NCBI GenBank assembly: GCA_964514595.1
Contig: CAZEQZ010000001.1
Location: forward strand, 107,914-171,913
DNA: 64,000 nucleotides
Origin: an uncultured Candidatus Saccharibacteria bacterium
GTDB taxonomy: Bacteria; Patescibacteriota; Dojkabacteria; SC72
Reading direction: 5' to 3'
The translations under genes and the position numbers were made by a program. The notes under the pieces were generated by a model. It was not told the origin of the DNA. It ran no database searches and saw only the letters and a program-made list of their open reading frames with translations. Shown here piece by piece: positions 48,280 through 59,800 of the stretch (its first letter is position 1; each line of letters starts with the position of its first letter).

Positions 48280-49686
48280 ATGAAAATACAATTTCTAGGT
48301 GCATCTAAAACAGTCACAGGTTCATGCTTCTATGTTGAAACAGATAATATTAAGTTTTTAGTAGAGTGTGGTGCGTTTCAAGGACCAGAAGAATTAGAAT
48401 TAAAAAACTATGAACCATTTCCATTTAATCCTGCTGATTTAGACTTTGTATTTCTCACCCATGCTCATTTTGATCATAGTGGAAGAATACCTGTGTTAGT
48501 TAAACAGGGGTTTAAGGGAAGAATAGTATGTACACAACCCACTAGAGATCTAACAAAGATAATTCTTCTTGATTCTGCAAATCTACAAAAAGAAGAGTTT
48601 GAAAGATGGGAAGCCAGACCTAAGGGTTCAAAAGAGGAAGGGAATGCTGAATTAAAGAAACCCCTTTTCACAGAACAGGATGTAGAGGAGAGTATGAAAT
48701 ACTTTGAGGTGTATCCATACGGTAATTCGGTGAACATAACAGATACATGTGAATTTAGAATGAGAGATGCTGGACATATATTGGGTTCTGCAATATTTGA
48801 ATTTTGGTTAAAGAATAATGCGGGAAGGATTAGAAAATTGGTATTCTCAGGAGATTTAGGCCAACCTGGTGCTAGGATAGTTAGAGATCCAGACCTAATA
48901 AGGGAGGCTGATTATGTAATTTGTGAATCGACATACGGTAATAGGCTGCATAAGGATAGAAATGAGACTGTTTTGGAGCTTCTCTCTGCTATTCAGAGTG
49001 CTCAGAAAGCAGGGGGTAATATATTAATTCCCTCTTTTGCCATAGAGAGAACACAGGAAATACTGTATGAGATAAACCTATTTATAGAGAGTCAGATAAT
49101 AAGTGGATTGCCGGTATATCTTGATAGCCCAATGGCATCTAAAGCTACAGAAGTATTCAGGCAGTATCCAGATTTCTATGATGAAGATGCCAAAAGATTG
49201 TTGGAAAAAGGTGATGATCCATTCGATTTCCCCGGGCTACGCAAAGTTGATTCAGCAGAGGAATCAAAAAGATTGGCTGCAAAGAAAGGTATAGCAATAA
49301 TAGCTGGAAGTGGTATGTGTACAGGAGGGAGAATTCTGCATCACCTTAAAAATAATATAGAAGATCCAAGCACTCACTTAGTGATAGTAGGGTATCAGGT
49401 ATATGGGACTTTGGGTAGGAGACTTGTGGATGGTGAGAAAACAGTGAAAATAATGGGAGGAGAGTATCAAAATAATGCAAAACTATATACCTTAGGAGGC
49501 TTTTCTGGACATGGAGACCAAAGAGATTTAAGATATTGGTTAAGAAGCTTTGGACATACACCGAGGACAATATTTTTAGTACATGGAGATGAAAATATTA
49601 TTGATGATTTCGCGAAAAATCTAAAGGAAGAATTCAAGATGGAGATAAAAATTCCTGAGGATGGAGAGATAGTTAAATTAGATTAA
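48280..49686 (+). CDS. MBL-fold beta-CASP ribonuclease
   Basis: THAHFDHSG, AGHILGS, FSGDLG, ESTYG, FSGHGD, LVHG. Confidence 0.92.
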   Translation: MKIQFLGASKTVTGSCFYVETDNIKFLVECGAFQGPEELELKNYEPFPFNPADLDFVFLTHAHFDHSGRIPVLVKQGFKGRIVCTQPTRDLTKIILLDSANLQKEEFERWEARPKGSKEEGNAELKKPLFTEQDVEESMKYFEVYPYGNSVNITDTCEFRMRDAGHILGSAIFEFWLKNNAGRIRKLVFSGDLGQPGARIVRDPDLIREADYVICESTYGNRLHKDRNETVLELLSAIQSAQKAGGNILIPSFAIERTQEILYEINLFIESQIISGLPVYLDSPMASKATEVFRQYPDFYDEDAKRLLEKGDDPFDFPGLRKVDSAEESKRLAAKKGIAIIAGSGMCTGGRILHHLKNNIEDPSTHLVIVGYQVYGTLGRRLVDGEKTVKIMGGEYQNNAKLYTLGGFSGHGDQRDLRYWLRSFGHTPRTIFLVHGDENIIDDFAKNLKEEFKMEIKIPEDGEIVKLD

Positions 49687-49691
49687 ATGAT

Positions 49692-50654
49692 ATGAAAAAT
49701 TACCCAGACATATTGAAAATATATAATGATATACAAAAATTGAACATTCAAGGAGCTACTAATGTAGCTATTGCAACCTTTGAAGGTATGAAATTGTATG
49801 TTGAGCAGAGTAAAGAGAAGGATCCTCAACTGTTTTACAATGAATTACTAGAGATAGCTGATAAATTGGCTAATGCTCGAATGAATGAGCCATTAGCTCG
49901 GAATGGTGTGAAGTTCGTGAAATATTTTTTCAAACAAGATTTTCCTGTTTTACCAGAGATAAATAGTATGAGACGGGAGGTATATGAACTTTGTGATAAA
50001 TATTTGGACATGATTAGTGGTTTTACGGAGGGTGGAAGCAAAAAGAACCTTGTAGAAAAGTGTGCTCCTCTTCTTAGTAATTTTGATAAAATATTTACTC
50101 ACTGTCACTCATCTACGGTGGTTGCATTGATAATAGAGCTATCTAAGGGAGATAAAAATTTTGAAGTAGTATGTACAGAAACAAGACCTCGTTTTCAGGG
50201 TAGAACCACTGCAAAAAATCTTCTTAATGCAGGTGTAAAGACTACATTGATAGCGGATAGTGCAGGGGAATCGTTCATTATAGGTAGGGGATCTGTCCCA
50301 ATAGATGTTGTATTCATAGGGTGTGATCAGATTACAGCAAAGGGTCATGCTATTAACAAAATAGGAAGCTGGGGAATGGGTATGGCGGCACACTATGGTG
50401 GTAAACCTCTGTATGTCATAACACCTCTTCTGAAGATAGATCCTGACTCTTTCCATCACTCAGTACAGATAGAGGTTAGGGAGGATGGTGAGCTTTGGCC
50501 AGATGCACCTAAAGGTTTGCATATGTACAATCCTGCTTTTGAGATTGTTGATAGTATGCTAATAACAGGATATGTGACTGAGTTTGGGATTCTTAAACCT
50601 AGTGATGTAGATAAGGTAGCCCAGGAAAAATATCCATGGCTTTTAGAGAAATAA
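49692..50654 (+). CDS. Ribose-1,5-bisphosphate isomerase (eIF-2B family)
   Basis: IQGATNVA, THCHSSTV, ETRPRFQG, INKIGS, NPAFE; adjacent to AMP phosphorylase. Confidence 0.85.
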   Translation: MKNYPDILKIYNDIQKLNIQGATNVAIATFEGMKLYVEQSKEKDPQLFYNELLEIADKLANARMNEPLARNGVKFVKYFFKQDFPVLPEINSMRREVYELCDKYLDMISGFTEGGSKKNLVEKCAPLLSNFDKIFTHCHSSTVVALIIELSKGDKNFEVVCTETRPRFQGRTTAKNLLNAGVKTTLIADSAGESFIIGRGSVPIDVVFIGCDQITAKGHAINKIGSWGMGMAAHYGGKPLYVITPLLKIDPDSFHHSVQIEVREDGELWPDAPKGLHMYNPAFEIVDSMLITGYVTEFGILKPSDVDKVAQEKYPWLLEK

Positions 50655-50672
50655 TTTAATATATACACAACT

Positions 50673-52184
50673 ATGTCTTTCTACTTAAGAAGCAAAAATT
50701 TAGACCTAGGAGAGGATAATGATTTTAATATTGTTTTAAACCGAAAAGATGCAGAGAGGTTAGGTGTGAGGGAGGGGGAAATAGCTGTAGTGGGTATGGG
50801 GGAGATAGAGCTGTATGCGAATGTAATGGAAACAGACTCTAAGGTCATGGAGGGGGAGATAGGGCTATTTGAAGAGATTTGGAAACAGTATGATATAGAT
50901 AATGGTTATTCTGTATTTGTAGATATTCCAGAGCCAAGTAAATCGTTAGAGGCAATAAGCAAAAAACTCTTGGGTCATGATTTAACTCAACAGGATTTGG
51001 AAATGATAATGAAGGACATAGGATCTAGAAAGTTAAGGGAAACGGAGATAGCATTCTTTGTCTCCACCTTCTTTAACCCTGGTTTTAATGATGCCGAAAT
51101 ATACTGGATGACTAAAGGTATGGCCGAATCAGGGGATATATTAAATTTCAAAGGGATTAGGGGTAATGGAGAGCTAGTTGCAGATAAACATTCGATAGGG
51201 GGTGTAGCAGGAAAAGCGATAACACCAACCTTAGTACCGATACTTGTCGCTGGTGGACTGATAGTCCCAAACACCTCTACAAGAGCTATAACCTCTCCTG
51301 CAGGCACATCAGATATTTTAGAAGTCGTTATGCCAGTAGCTCTTTCAAAGGAGAGGGTGATGGATGTGGTGAAGCAAACTGGTGGGTGTATGTTTTGGGG
51401 AGGATCATTAGAGCTTTCACCTGCAGATGATGTAATCATTAATGTAGAAAGATCCCTTAGAATACAGGAATTCCAAAAGGTATTGGTAAGTATAGTGGCA
51501 AAAAAGATATCTATGGGAGTAACAAATATCTTGATAGATCTCCCATATGGGAAAGGTTCTAAAGTGGAGAGACCTGATGATGTACAGATGCTAGATAGGG
51601 AGTTTAAGAAACTATTTAAGAAATTCAATATAGAGTGTGAAACGATCAAAAGAGTAATAAAGGGTCCAGATGGTAGGAGTGTGGGACCGAATTTGGAGAT
51701 AAGAGAAGCTTTGCGTATATTAGAGAGGGAAGAGCATAAGTGTCAAGAATTGGAAGATGTGATTGTGGAGATGGCTACTAGGATATTTGAAAATACAAAA
51801 GTAGTAGATAGGGGGAAGGGTAAAAAGTTTGCGCAGGAATTGCTAGATTCTGGTAAAGCATTAGATAAGTTTTGGGAGATAGCCTTTGCTCAGGGGGCTG
51901 TAAAGAAGATAAATTCTTCGGAGATTAGGTATGGAAAGATAGAGCACGATTTACTATCTGATAGGGATGGTGTTGTTAAGAGTATCAACAATGTGGAGCT
52001 TGTTGCTGTAGCTAGAGCATTAGGAAATCCTAAAATAAAGGAAGCAGGTTTATATGTGCACAAGATGCCTGGAGAAGAAGTCAAAAAAGGTGATAAGTTG
52101 ATAACAATATATGCAACAACAGAGGGAAGATTAAATAATGGGAAAGGCGTATTAAGTATTGATAAACTATACGATTTCAGGTAA
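50673..52184 (+). CDS. AMP (NMP) phosphorylase
   Basis: N-terminal extension typical of the AMP phosphorylase type, DKHSIGGVAG, STRAITSPAGTSD, LSPADD, KEAGLY. Confidence 0.88.
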   Translation: MSFYLRSKNLDLGEDNDFNIVLNRKDAERLGVREGEIAVVGMGEIELYANVMETDSKVMEGEIGLFEEIWKQYDIDNGYSVFVDIPEPSKSLEAISKKLLGHDLTQQDLEMIMKDIGSRKLRETEIAFFVSTFFNPGFNDAEIYWMTKGMAESGDILNFKGIRGNGELVADKHSIGGVAGKAITPTLVPILVAGGLIVPNTSTRAITSPAGTSDILEVVMPVALSKERVMDVVKQTGGCMFWGGSLELSPADDVIINVERSLRIQEFQKVLVSIVAKKISMGVTNILIDLPYGKGSKVERPDDVQMLDREFKKLFKKFNIECETIKRVIKGPDGRSVGPNLEIREALRILEREEHKCQELEDVIVEMATRIFENTKVVDRGKGKKFAQELLDSGKALDKFWEIAFAQGAVKKINSSEIRYGKIEHDLLSDRDGVVKSINNVELVAVARALGNPKIKEAGLYVHKMPGEEVKKGDKLITIYATTEGRLNNGKGVLSIDKLYDFR

Positions 52185-54026
52185 TTTGCTTTTTCTTCTT
52201 TTCAATTTGGATCTCCTTATTAAATAAGAAAGAAGTGATATTAATAGTATTAGGAAGGCCAATACTATTAGTATAGGTACTGTAATTATTAATGCTTTTC
52301 CTAATGTTGTGGTCTTGAGCATTGTATTTCCAAGTATTCCAATTCCTGGGGATGCATTTTCAGAAATTTCATCTTTTGATATTAAATCAGCATATGATTG
52401 AAGTGTATTCAAATCAACCTCGTCAGTTGCCCCATATATCTTCACAGAGTATCCCTCTGATGTGAGACTCCTAATATCATTTGCAGAATAAATACGGATA
52501 TTGGATAAGGAATCAGTATTAAATACTTCCCATAATACTCGATCTACCATCTGTCCAATCTTCATATTATTACTTTCAAACGTTGGATCCACAGATAGCC
52601 ATCCATACTCGGGTACCCAGACCTGTACCCATTGGTGTCGTACTTGTTCTGAAGGAGGTGTTTCTCTAAGGTTTGCATAACCAATAGCTGCTCTAGATGG
52701 AATACCTTGTGCTCTTAGTAGAGATATCATTAGATCTGCGTACTCCATACAAACAGAAGGACCTCCAAGTAGGGCAGCCTTTGCACCTATTCTCTCATTT
52801 TCTGAAGTAGCTTTCTGTTGATCATACTCTAACTTTTCGTTGATGTATTGATAATTGGATCTGATAATTTCAAGTAAGGTAATTTTGTCCTTCTTTAATT
52901 TATTAGCTTCACTCCTAATCAAATCATCAGTAACTTCCCAGTATTTTGTAGAACCTAAATATCTCTTAATATATTCACTCTCCTTTATCTTCTCTAAATA
53001 CTGAGAAAACTCCACGTCGAAATATTCCCCGTTTTCTCTTAATTCATCCTGATTAACAAGAATGTATCCTGTCATAGTGATAGTACTTTCCTGATTTGCT
53101 GGTACTTCAAATAGGGCCAGAATATTCCCCTCACTATCTCTATATATGTCCTTTGGAAGGGGAGATACATTTTCAAAGTATACCTTTTGGTTAGTTTCCG
53201 AGAATTCTCTAGGTAGGGATAGTTCGTATATATTAGTAGAGAGTGCTTTGAAAACTTCGGAGTATTTCTCGGGTATGAATGAATCCGTTTTAGGTGTTTT
53301 ATATTCCAATTCAAATCTATAAAGAACAGAGGTTCCAAACTCTACAGAAGGAGAGTTGCCAATTCTGTCTGTTTGTTTAAATTCGTAGTATGTTTTTCCA
53401 TCTTTCTCCTGGAGCGTAAATTCTGGAAATACTCTTACTAAAGGAGAGATGTTACTATCTACAACAATACTTAGATAGTAGTTGAATACAGTTAATGTAT
53501 TATTATTTTCCTCTTTTCTGTCAAAAACAGTATCTGTTGGAAGTGATGTGCCAATTATGTTAACGAAATCTCCTACCTTCGCAACATAGTCATGGGTCTG
53601 GAAAGAGAAAACTACCTTATACGGAGCGGTAGGGGTAGTAGTTTTGTAATTAGGTATAGTTACAAAAATCCCTTCGCCTACCTCTTTCTCCTCTATTGAG
53701 TAATTAACCCTTCCTCCCTTTTCATCAGTTACTACGAGTGTGTCTAATTTATACTTTCTTTCTTCGTATATCTCCTCCTCTTTTAAGCCAGAGAGGTCTG
53801 GAATATGAAATATCTTTTCTCCTGATGCAGGAAAATAGTAGCTAGAATTCTTCACGCTTCTTGTGTATTCAGTAGTTACAGTAACATGTCTGTCTCCAGT
53901 CGTATATGATATTTCAGTGTCAGTATCTATGACGAAATCTGCCTCAGATGCATATATATGTGTACCTATTAAGGTTGTGAGGGAAAGAATTGTTATTGAT
54001 AATATTGCTTTTTTAAGAAATTTCAT
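52167..54026 (-). CDS. Exported transglutaminase-like protein with C-terminal anchor
   Basis: Intact triad motifs VCMEYA...RAQGIPSR, HQWVQVW, VDPT; signal peptide and C-terminal TM. Confidence 0.88.
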   Translation of the reverse strand: MKFLKKAILSITILSLTTLIGTHIYASEADFVIDTDTEISYTTGDRHVTVTTEYTRSVKNSSYYFPASGEKIFHIPDLSGLKEEEIYEERKYKLDTLVVTDEKGGRVNYSIEEKEVGEGIFVTIPNYKTTTPTAPYKVVFSFQTHDYVAKVGDFVNIIGTSLPTDTVFDRKEENNNTLTVFNYYLSIVVDSNISPLVRVFPEFTLQEKDGKTYYEFKQTDRIGNSPSVEFGTSVLYRFELEYKTPKTDSFIPEKYSEVFKALSTNIYELSLPREFSETNQKVYFENVSPLPKDIYRDSEGNILALFEVPANQESTITMTGYILVNQDELRENGEYFDVEFSQYLEKIKESEYIKRYLGSTKYWEVTDDLIRSEANKLKKDKITLLEIIRSNYQYINEKLEYDQQKATSENERIGAKAALLGGPSVCMEYADLMISLLRAQGIPSRAAIGYANLRETPPSEQVRHQWVQVWVPEYGWLSVDPTFESNNMKIGQMVDRVLWEVFNTDSLSNIRIYSANDIRSLTSEGYSVKIYGATDEVDLNTLQSYADLISKDEISENASPGIGILGNTMLKTTTLGKALIITVPILIVLAFLILLISLLSYLIRRSKLKRRKSKLPEIV

Positions 54027-54097
54027 CTTCTAGGCAGTTATGTAATTGTAAATAATATCATATATCATCTCTTTAGTTATTATTATATAATCCATCC

Positions 54098-55204
54098 ATG
54101 TCAATTAAACAATCACACTCTTTTTCGTTAGGTATAGTTGGATTACCTAATGTTGGAAAATCTACAATATTTAACGCTCTAACAGAGATGTCAGTTCCTG
54201 CAGAGAATTTCCCGTTTTGTACCATAGACAAAAATGTTGGGGTGGTGGAGATACCTGATGAGAGACTAAAGAGGATGGCTTCTCATTTTAATGCACAAAA
54301 GATAGTGCCATCTGCTATGACATTTGTTGATATAGCTGGATTAGTAAAAGGGGCTTCAAAGGGGGAGGGTTTAGGGAATCAGTTTCTTTCACATATTAGA
54401 GAGGTGGATGTAATAATGTATGTTTTAAGAGCTTTTGATAGTGAGAAAATATCCCATGTATATGATCGTATTAATCCAGTAGAAGATTTTGAGATAGTAC
54501 AATCTGAGTTAATATTAAAAGATATTGAGAGTGTGGAGAAAAGAATGGTGGGCGTGGAGAAGATGAGTAGGATAGGGGGAAAGGATGCTATGAAAGAATT
54601 GATTGTGTTAAAAAAGATTTTAGAGAGTCTAAATAATGATATTGCAGTTGTAGATATGAATCTCTCCAGTGAAGAGAAAGAGATTATTCATGATCTTTGG
54701 CTTTTAACAAGTAAAAAGAGGATGTTTGTATTAAATAGTAAAGCGGGGTTGGGTGCAGAGAGGATTAGTACGTGGAAGGAAGAGATAGAGAAGAGAACGG
54801 GGGATATGGTGTTGGTGGTAGATGTAAAATTACTGGGTGACATGAAGGATATGGGTGATAGTGAAGTGGAGGAGTATGTCGCTCTATTAGGAGAAGAGCC
54901 AGCTACTATTTCCGATGTGATTCATTCTGCTTTCAGATGTTTGAATTTAATAACTTTCTATACAGGTTCTGAGAAGGAGTGTAATGCATGGAGTATTGTA
55001 GATGGTAGTACAGTTAAGGAGGCGGCGGGGGTAATTCATACAGATCTAGAGAAAGGATTTGTAACAGCAGATGTTGTTAACTTGGATAGTATGTTAGATG
55101 TGGGAGGATGGGTTAATGCAAAGGAGAAGGGATTAATAAAAAATCATGGGAAGGAGTATGTCGTAAAAGATGGTGATTATATTGTTATTCTAGCAAATAG
55201 ATAG
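54098..55204 (+). CDS. ychF: Ribosome-binding ATPase YchF
   Basis: GIVGLPNVGKST, NFPFCTI, DIAGLVKGASKGEGLGNQFL, AAGVIHTD. Confidence 0.97.
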   Translation: MSIKQSHSFSLGIVGLPNVGKSTIFNALTEMSVPAENFPFCTIDKNVGVVEIPDERLKRMASHFNAQKIVPSAMTFVDIAGLVKGASKGEGLGNQFLSHIREVDVIMYVLRAFDSEKISHVYDRINPVEDFEIVQSELILKDIESVEKRMVGVEKMSRIGGKDAMKELIVLKKILESLNNDIAVVDMNLSSEEKEIIHDLWLLTSKKRMFVLNSKAGLGAERISTWKEEIEKRTGDMVLVVDVKLLGDMKDMGDSEVEEYVALLGEEPATISDVIHSAFRCLNLITFYTGSEKECNAWSIVDGSTVKEAAGVIHTDLEKGFVTADVVNLDSMLDVGGWVNAKEKGLIKNHGKEYVVKDGDYIVILANR

Positions 55205-55243
55205 GGTTGCAATGGGTGTTGAAAGAGTTTAATATATTCATTA

Positions 55244-56848
55244 ATGAATATAGCTGCCCGAAGAAAAATACTGACAATTCTAATTGTTCTCTTTTTGTTA
55301 TGTGTAGGGGGGTTGGTATATTGGTATTACTTTCGAAATAGGTGCGTTAGTTTACCTAAGGAGTATGAATTTCTTAACAGATTTATTGTTAAGGATGAGT
55401 GTGGAATAAAGGAATTTAAGGTAAAAGGGATTGTATATAATATTAGGGATGAGGATGGGAAGGTTAAGTTTGATTTCAATGCATGGAATACTGAAACTAG
55501 AGAAAGTTTATACTATGAAGGTATAGGGTTTGAGAGGGACGATTATGAAGGAGATTTTGAAATGAGTGAAGGGAATTTGGGTGCTGTGGAAATGATTGTA
55601 GAGATGTCGAGTTCTAATGAGGCATTGAGGTCTTCTTTAAAGAGAGTTTGTAGGGTTACACCTCTAAAATTCACGGAAGATTCCTATGATAATCTCATGG
55701 GGATCTTGTACGATGTCATTGTGAATGGTCCAGTGTCAGAATATGCTTCCTTTAAAGGGTTGGAAGAAGGTTTAGAAAAAAACAAAGAGGGATTTTTTGT
55801 TACTGCGGTAGCATATGAAGATGGTACATACTATCCTTATTTGGTAGATGGGGGTGTTGCGGCAAGGTTATATAAGCCTTTAGTTTTATCCTCTTTGATA
55901 GACAGTGGCTATGCCAATAAATATACATGGATATCGAAGAAGAACGTTTATGATGCAGAGTCTATAATGGGGATAGTGAGGTTTGACTTGAAGAATTTTT
56001 TGATGGATTTTGAGAAGGAAATGCTTGCCAAGGTAGCTCCCGAGGAATCACTATGTGTTGCTGGGGAGTGTGGAGGATTCTTAGGGGATTTCTCTGCGGA
56101 TATACCGCAGTTAGGATATCAGAAACTAGGATGTATGTTAATGTATGAGATATTTAATAATTTAAATTATGCATGGCAAGAGGGCGATTACAAAGAGTAT
56201 TGTGATATAGATGAACTTCGTGAGATATCACAGGAAGTAGAGATGGATATAATGGATGATGATTTGTATATAGACTTCTTTAAGGATTTGAGGTTAGAGG
56301 AATTGGTTGGAAAGGGGAGGAAGAACGAGCAGCTTTTCTTTCGTTCAGAAATTTCAAAAGACTTGTCTTTTCTATTAGATTATTTTTATGCTCTTCGATT
56401 GTATGGATTAGATATAGAGAAGGAAGATTTGGATCAAGATCTTGGGAATGTTGTGAATCATTTAATATTGTATGATAAGGTTTCCTTAGGTGATACCTGT
56501 TTGCTTTTGTCATACTTGAACGTATTAAAGCAGGAAGGGTTGGGTAGTCAAGAATGGATATCTACTAGGGAAGATATTATAAATCTACTATATTCTTCTA
56601 GCGGAGATCTTTTGAAATTGATAGATGAAAACCCATATTATGGTGTCTTATGTCTAGATTCGTTAATGAAGGAAGAAGGGTTTGAAGATATGGCATCCTC
56701 ACTAGTTATAAGGATTATGAATATGAACTTCTGGGATGAAGGTATCGAAAGTAATCGTACAGGTTTATGGATGGATGGGGAATATGACATACGGTTTAAT
56801 AGTAAGTATTTTAAATTATTACTAGAAAATAGGGATAAGTTATTATGA
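55244..56848 (+). CDS. Membrane-anchored hypothetical protein
   Basis: N-terminal TM and a large acidic soluble region; stop overlaps the next start codon. Confidence 0.75.
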   Translation: MNIAARRKILTILIVLFLLCVGGLVYWYYFRNRCVSLPKEYEFLNRFIVKDECGIKEFKVKGIVYNIRDEDGKVKFDFNAWNTETRESLYYEGIGFERDDYEGDFEMSEGNLGAVEMIVEMSSSNEALRSSLKRVCRVTPLKFTEDSYDNLMGILYDVIVNGPVSEYASFKGLEEGLEKNKEGFFVTAVAYEDGTYYPYLVDGGVAARLYKPLVLSSLIDSGYANKYTWISKKNVYDAESIMGIVRFDLKNFLMDFEKEMLAKVAPEESLCVAGECGGFLGDFSADIPQLGYQKLGCMLMYEIFNNLNYAWQEGDYKEYCDIDELREISQEVEMDIMDDDLYIDFFKDLRLEELVGKGRKNEQLFFRSEISKDLSFLLDYFYALRLYGLDIEKEDLDQDLGNVVNHLILYDKVSLGDTCLLLSYLNVLKQEGLGSQEWISTREDIINLLYSSSGDLLKLIDENPYYGVLCLDSLMKEEGFEDMASSLVIRIMNMNFWDEGIESNRTGLWMDGEYDIRFNSKYFKLLLENRDKLL

Positions 56849-59800
56849 AAATGGCAGAGAAGATTTACAAATTATTCTCGGTTGTGATTTTTATCTTTCT
56901 TTTTGGTCTAATCAGTTTAAAAGATACACGCGCTTTTGCTCCAGGAACCTACTGTAATATGTTTTGTTATGGTAGATATTGTGAATCCTGGGGATTTCCA
57001 GGTGGTGCACGTTTTTTTTGTGAAGATCTCGAGGATAGTTGTACTCCAAAATGTAATAAAACATGTACCCCCACGTGTGCACGATATCCAGGCACATCTT
57101 TTGATTATTCAGGCCCTTTGTGTAATGCTGGGCGTTCAAGATGTTCGTATAGTAATGGATGTGGTGGTAAGTGTTACAAATATGGAGACAATTGTTACTA
57201 TCCTGAAACCAATCTCCAAACTAATGTTCCATCTAACTGGGCACCTACACATACCTCTATGATAGTAGGTAACAGGGCATACCAATTATCTACCGATCCC
57301 GCCACTCCCACAACAATAAATGTATCTAGTATATTAACAGCAATATCGCAGATACAAGATTCAAATAAGACCTTAAAGACAGATAATACTGTAGAAGCAA
57401 GGAGTAATGTAATGGGTACAATGGGGAGAATACCTTTAGGCTCCTCTACTGGGGATAAGGATCATATAAGAGGGTCGAGTGTGTTGGTGGATGAAGGAGT
57501 GTATAAAATGTGGTATTCAGGAAGCAATGGTAACTATCGTATTTACTACGCCACCTCCAACGATGGCCTTACCTGGAATAAATATAACAACGTAGCGGAA
57601 GCAAGAAGTAACACTACTGGTACTGAAGGAAGGATACCATTAGGAATGGCTACGACAGGAATAGGAGATAGGGCACATGTGTATCACCCGAGTGTAATCA
57701 GGGATGGAGATACATATAAAATGTGGTATACCGGAGAAGATTCAGGAAACGTACCTAGAATATATATGGCTACATCCTCAGACGGCTTAATATGGACAAA
57801 GGAGAATAACAGTATTCCTAGTAGGGATGATTCCACTAATGGAAGGATTGCTCTTGGTGCAAGTGTAAGTGGGGTTGGAGACAAGAATCGTGTATCTGAT
57901 CCTTCGGTTATTAAGGATGGTACCGAATATAAAATGTGGTACGCTGGATATGATGGAAGTAACTGGAGAATATACATGGCAACATCAGTTGACGGTTTAA
58001 CATGGAATAAGGTAGACAATAGTACGCCTATTAATTCAAACGATATCTCTACACAGGGAAGGATCCCTCGAGGAGAGGCGGGGACAGGAGATAGGACACA
58101 TGTAAGGTCCCCTATAGTTATAAAAGATGCGGATGTATATAAGATGTGGTATACAGGATATGATGGCAGCTATTGGAGGATATTCTATGCTACTTCTACA
58201 GATGGGTATACTTGGATTAAACAGAATAATGCGGTCCCTTCTCCAGCAAGATCTAATGATTATACAACGGATGGAAGAATAACTAGAGGATCTAGTGGCG
58301 GGGATGCTACACACGCATCGTTCCCCTCGGCCATAAAATCAGGAGGAAAGATAATAATATACTATTCTGGTTCTAATGGAACTTGGAGAATATATAGGGC
58401 AGAGGTAAATGACGACTATCCAGTAAAAGTATCTATGCCTGTTACTAGCGCATTACCAGGTTCCCGAGACATCCTGTATGAATTTAAAGTTGATAACTAC
58501 GGTTCTAATCAAGTATGGTTCGGTGGGACTGAATGCATGGGAGTTAATGGAGAGGATTTTTGTAATATTGATATAAACAATGCACCCCGATTCGTACCTG
58601 CTGGTCTTGGAATAGGGGAAGTTTTGTCTCTGGGATCTTCCGGAAAAGTAATGGGTTCATACCACTCATTAAACCTATGCGATGATAGTACGATACAATC
58701 AACGACAGTAAACGGATACTATAAAATAAACAGTGGCCCTGAAATAGTACTACCATGCCCCATGGACACATCCATAGCAGAAGATGATCCTAGATGTACT
58801 CCCTGTGTAATAGGGGGAGTATTAATAAATGCCAATATAATACTAGAAGATGAAAGATGTACTCTGGATGAGGAACCAGAGGAGTGTAAATGGAATAAAG
58901 ATTTAATGTCCAATAATCCAGCATGCAAACCCCCTGAGGAGGATAAAAAGAAATTTCTCCCAGAAGTAGGGAGTGATATGACACAAGAGAGATGTAAGAG
59001 TGAAGAGTATACAGGAAAAGAAATAAATAATCCTTTAAGGGTAAGGATATCCGGAGTGGACGCAGATGGAAATGATGAAATCGAAGGAGTTTTAGTGGCA
59101 TTCACTAAAAGCAGTATATCTCTCCCGATAATATCAGAATACGGTGAATATACATATTCGGATATGAATAATTTAGCCATATTGCTTAAAAGGAACGGTT
59201 CTGATCCCAATTGGGATAATGAGCCATTGATATACGGCCTAACTCATAATGGTGTCTGGGGGGAATTAAGTGGAGATTCTAGGAGCCTAAAGAACTCTTT
59301 GGGTAGTGAAATAGTGACAGTGCTTGAAGGTATTACAGTAAATATGAGAGGAAATGATGATGGAGTTGTAACATTTGAAATGCAGCTTAACTTTAAAGAG
59401 GGAAATGATGATAATCCAGGAGGGATATTTGATTTTAGAACCGCAGTTCTAGATAGATATATGTTGGAGGGGATTGTTGACCAAAGTATGGTAAAGAAAT
59501 ATTTTGATTGGGGTATTGATTTAGTAGATCCCGTGGTAGAGAAGCCAGAGCAGGCAGTTTCTGGTCCTCAGCAGTTAAACCTCACTATTAGTGCAAATGA
59601 CACAGATTCGAATATAACAGACCTAATAATTGATACATATAAAAGAGGATACTTGATTAGTGGTACTCTTAAAATCATATCTCCATCCCAATACCTAAGC
59701 TATCCAATACTGGAAGTGGAAGATGAACCTCCTTTAATCGATTTGTTGAGTCATCTAGAAGGAATCTATGATTTAAACAGCTGGCATTTTGGAGGAATAG

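Noticed and set aside
50987-51649. Long antisense ORF (220 aa) and similar shadow ORFs throughout
   Set aside because: They lie opposite well-conserved genes and have the Ser/Ile/Phe/Pro-rich composition expected from reverse-complemented coding sequence.
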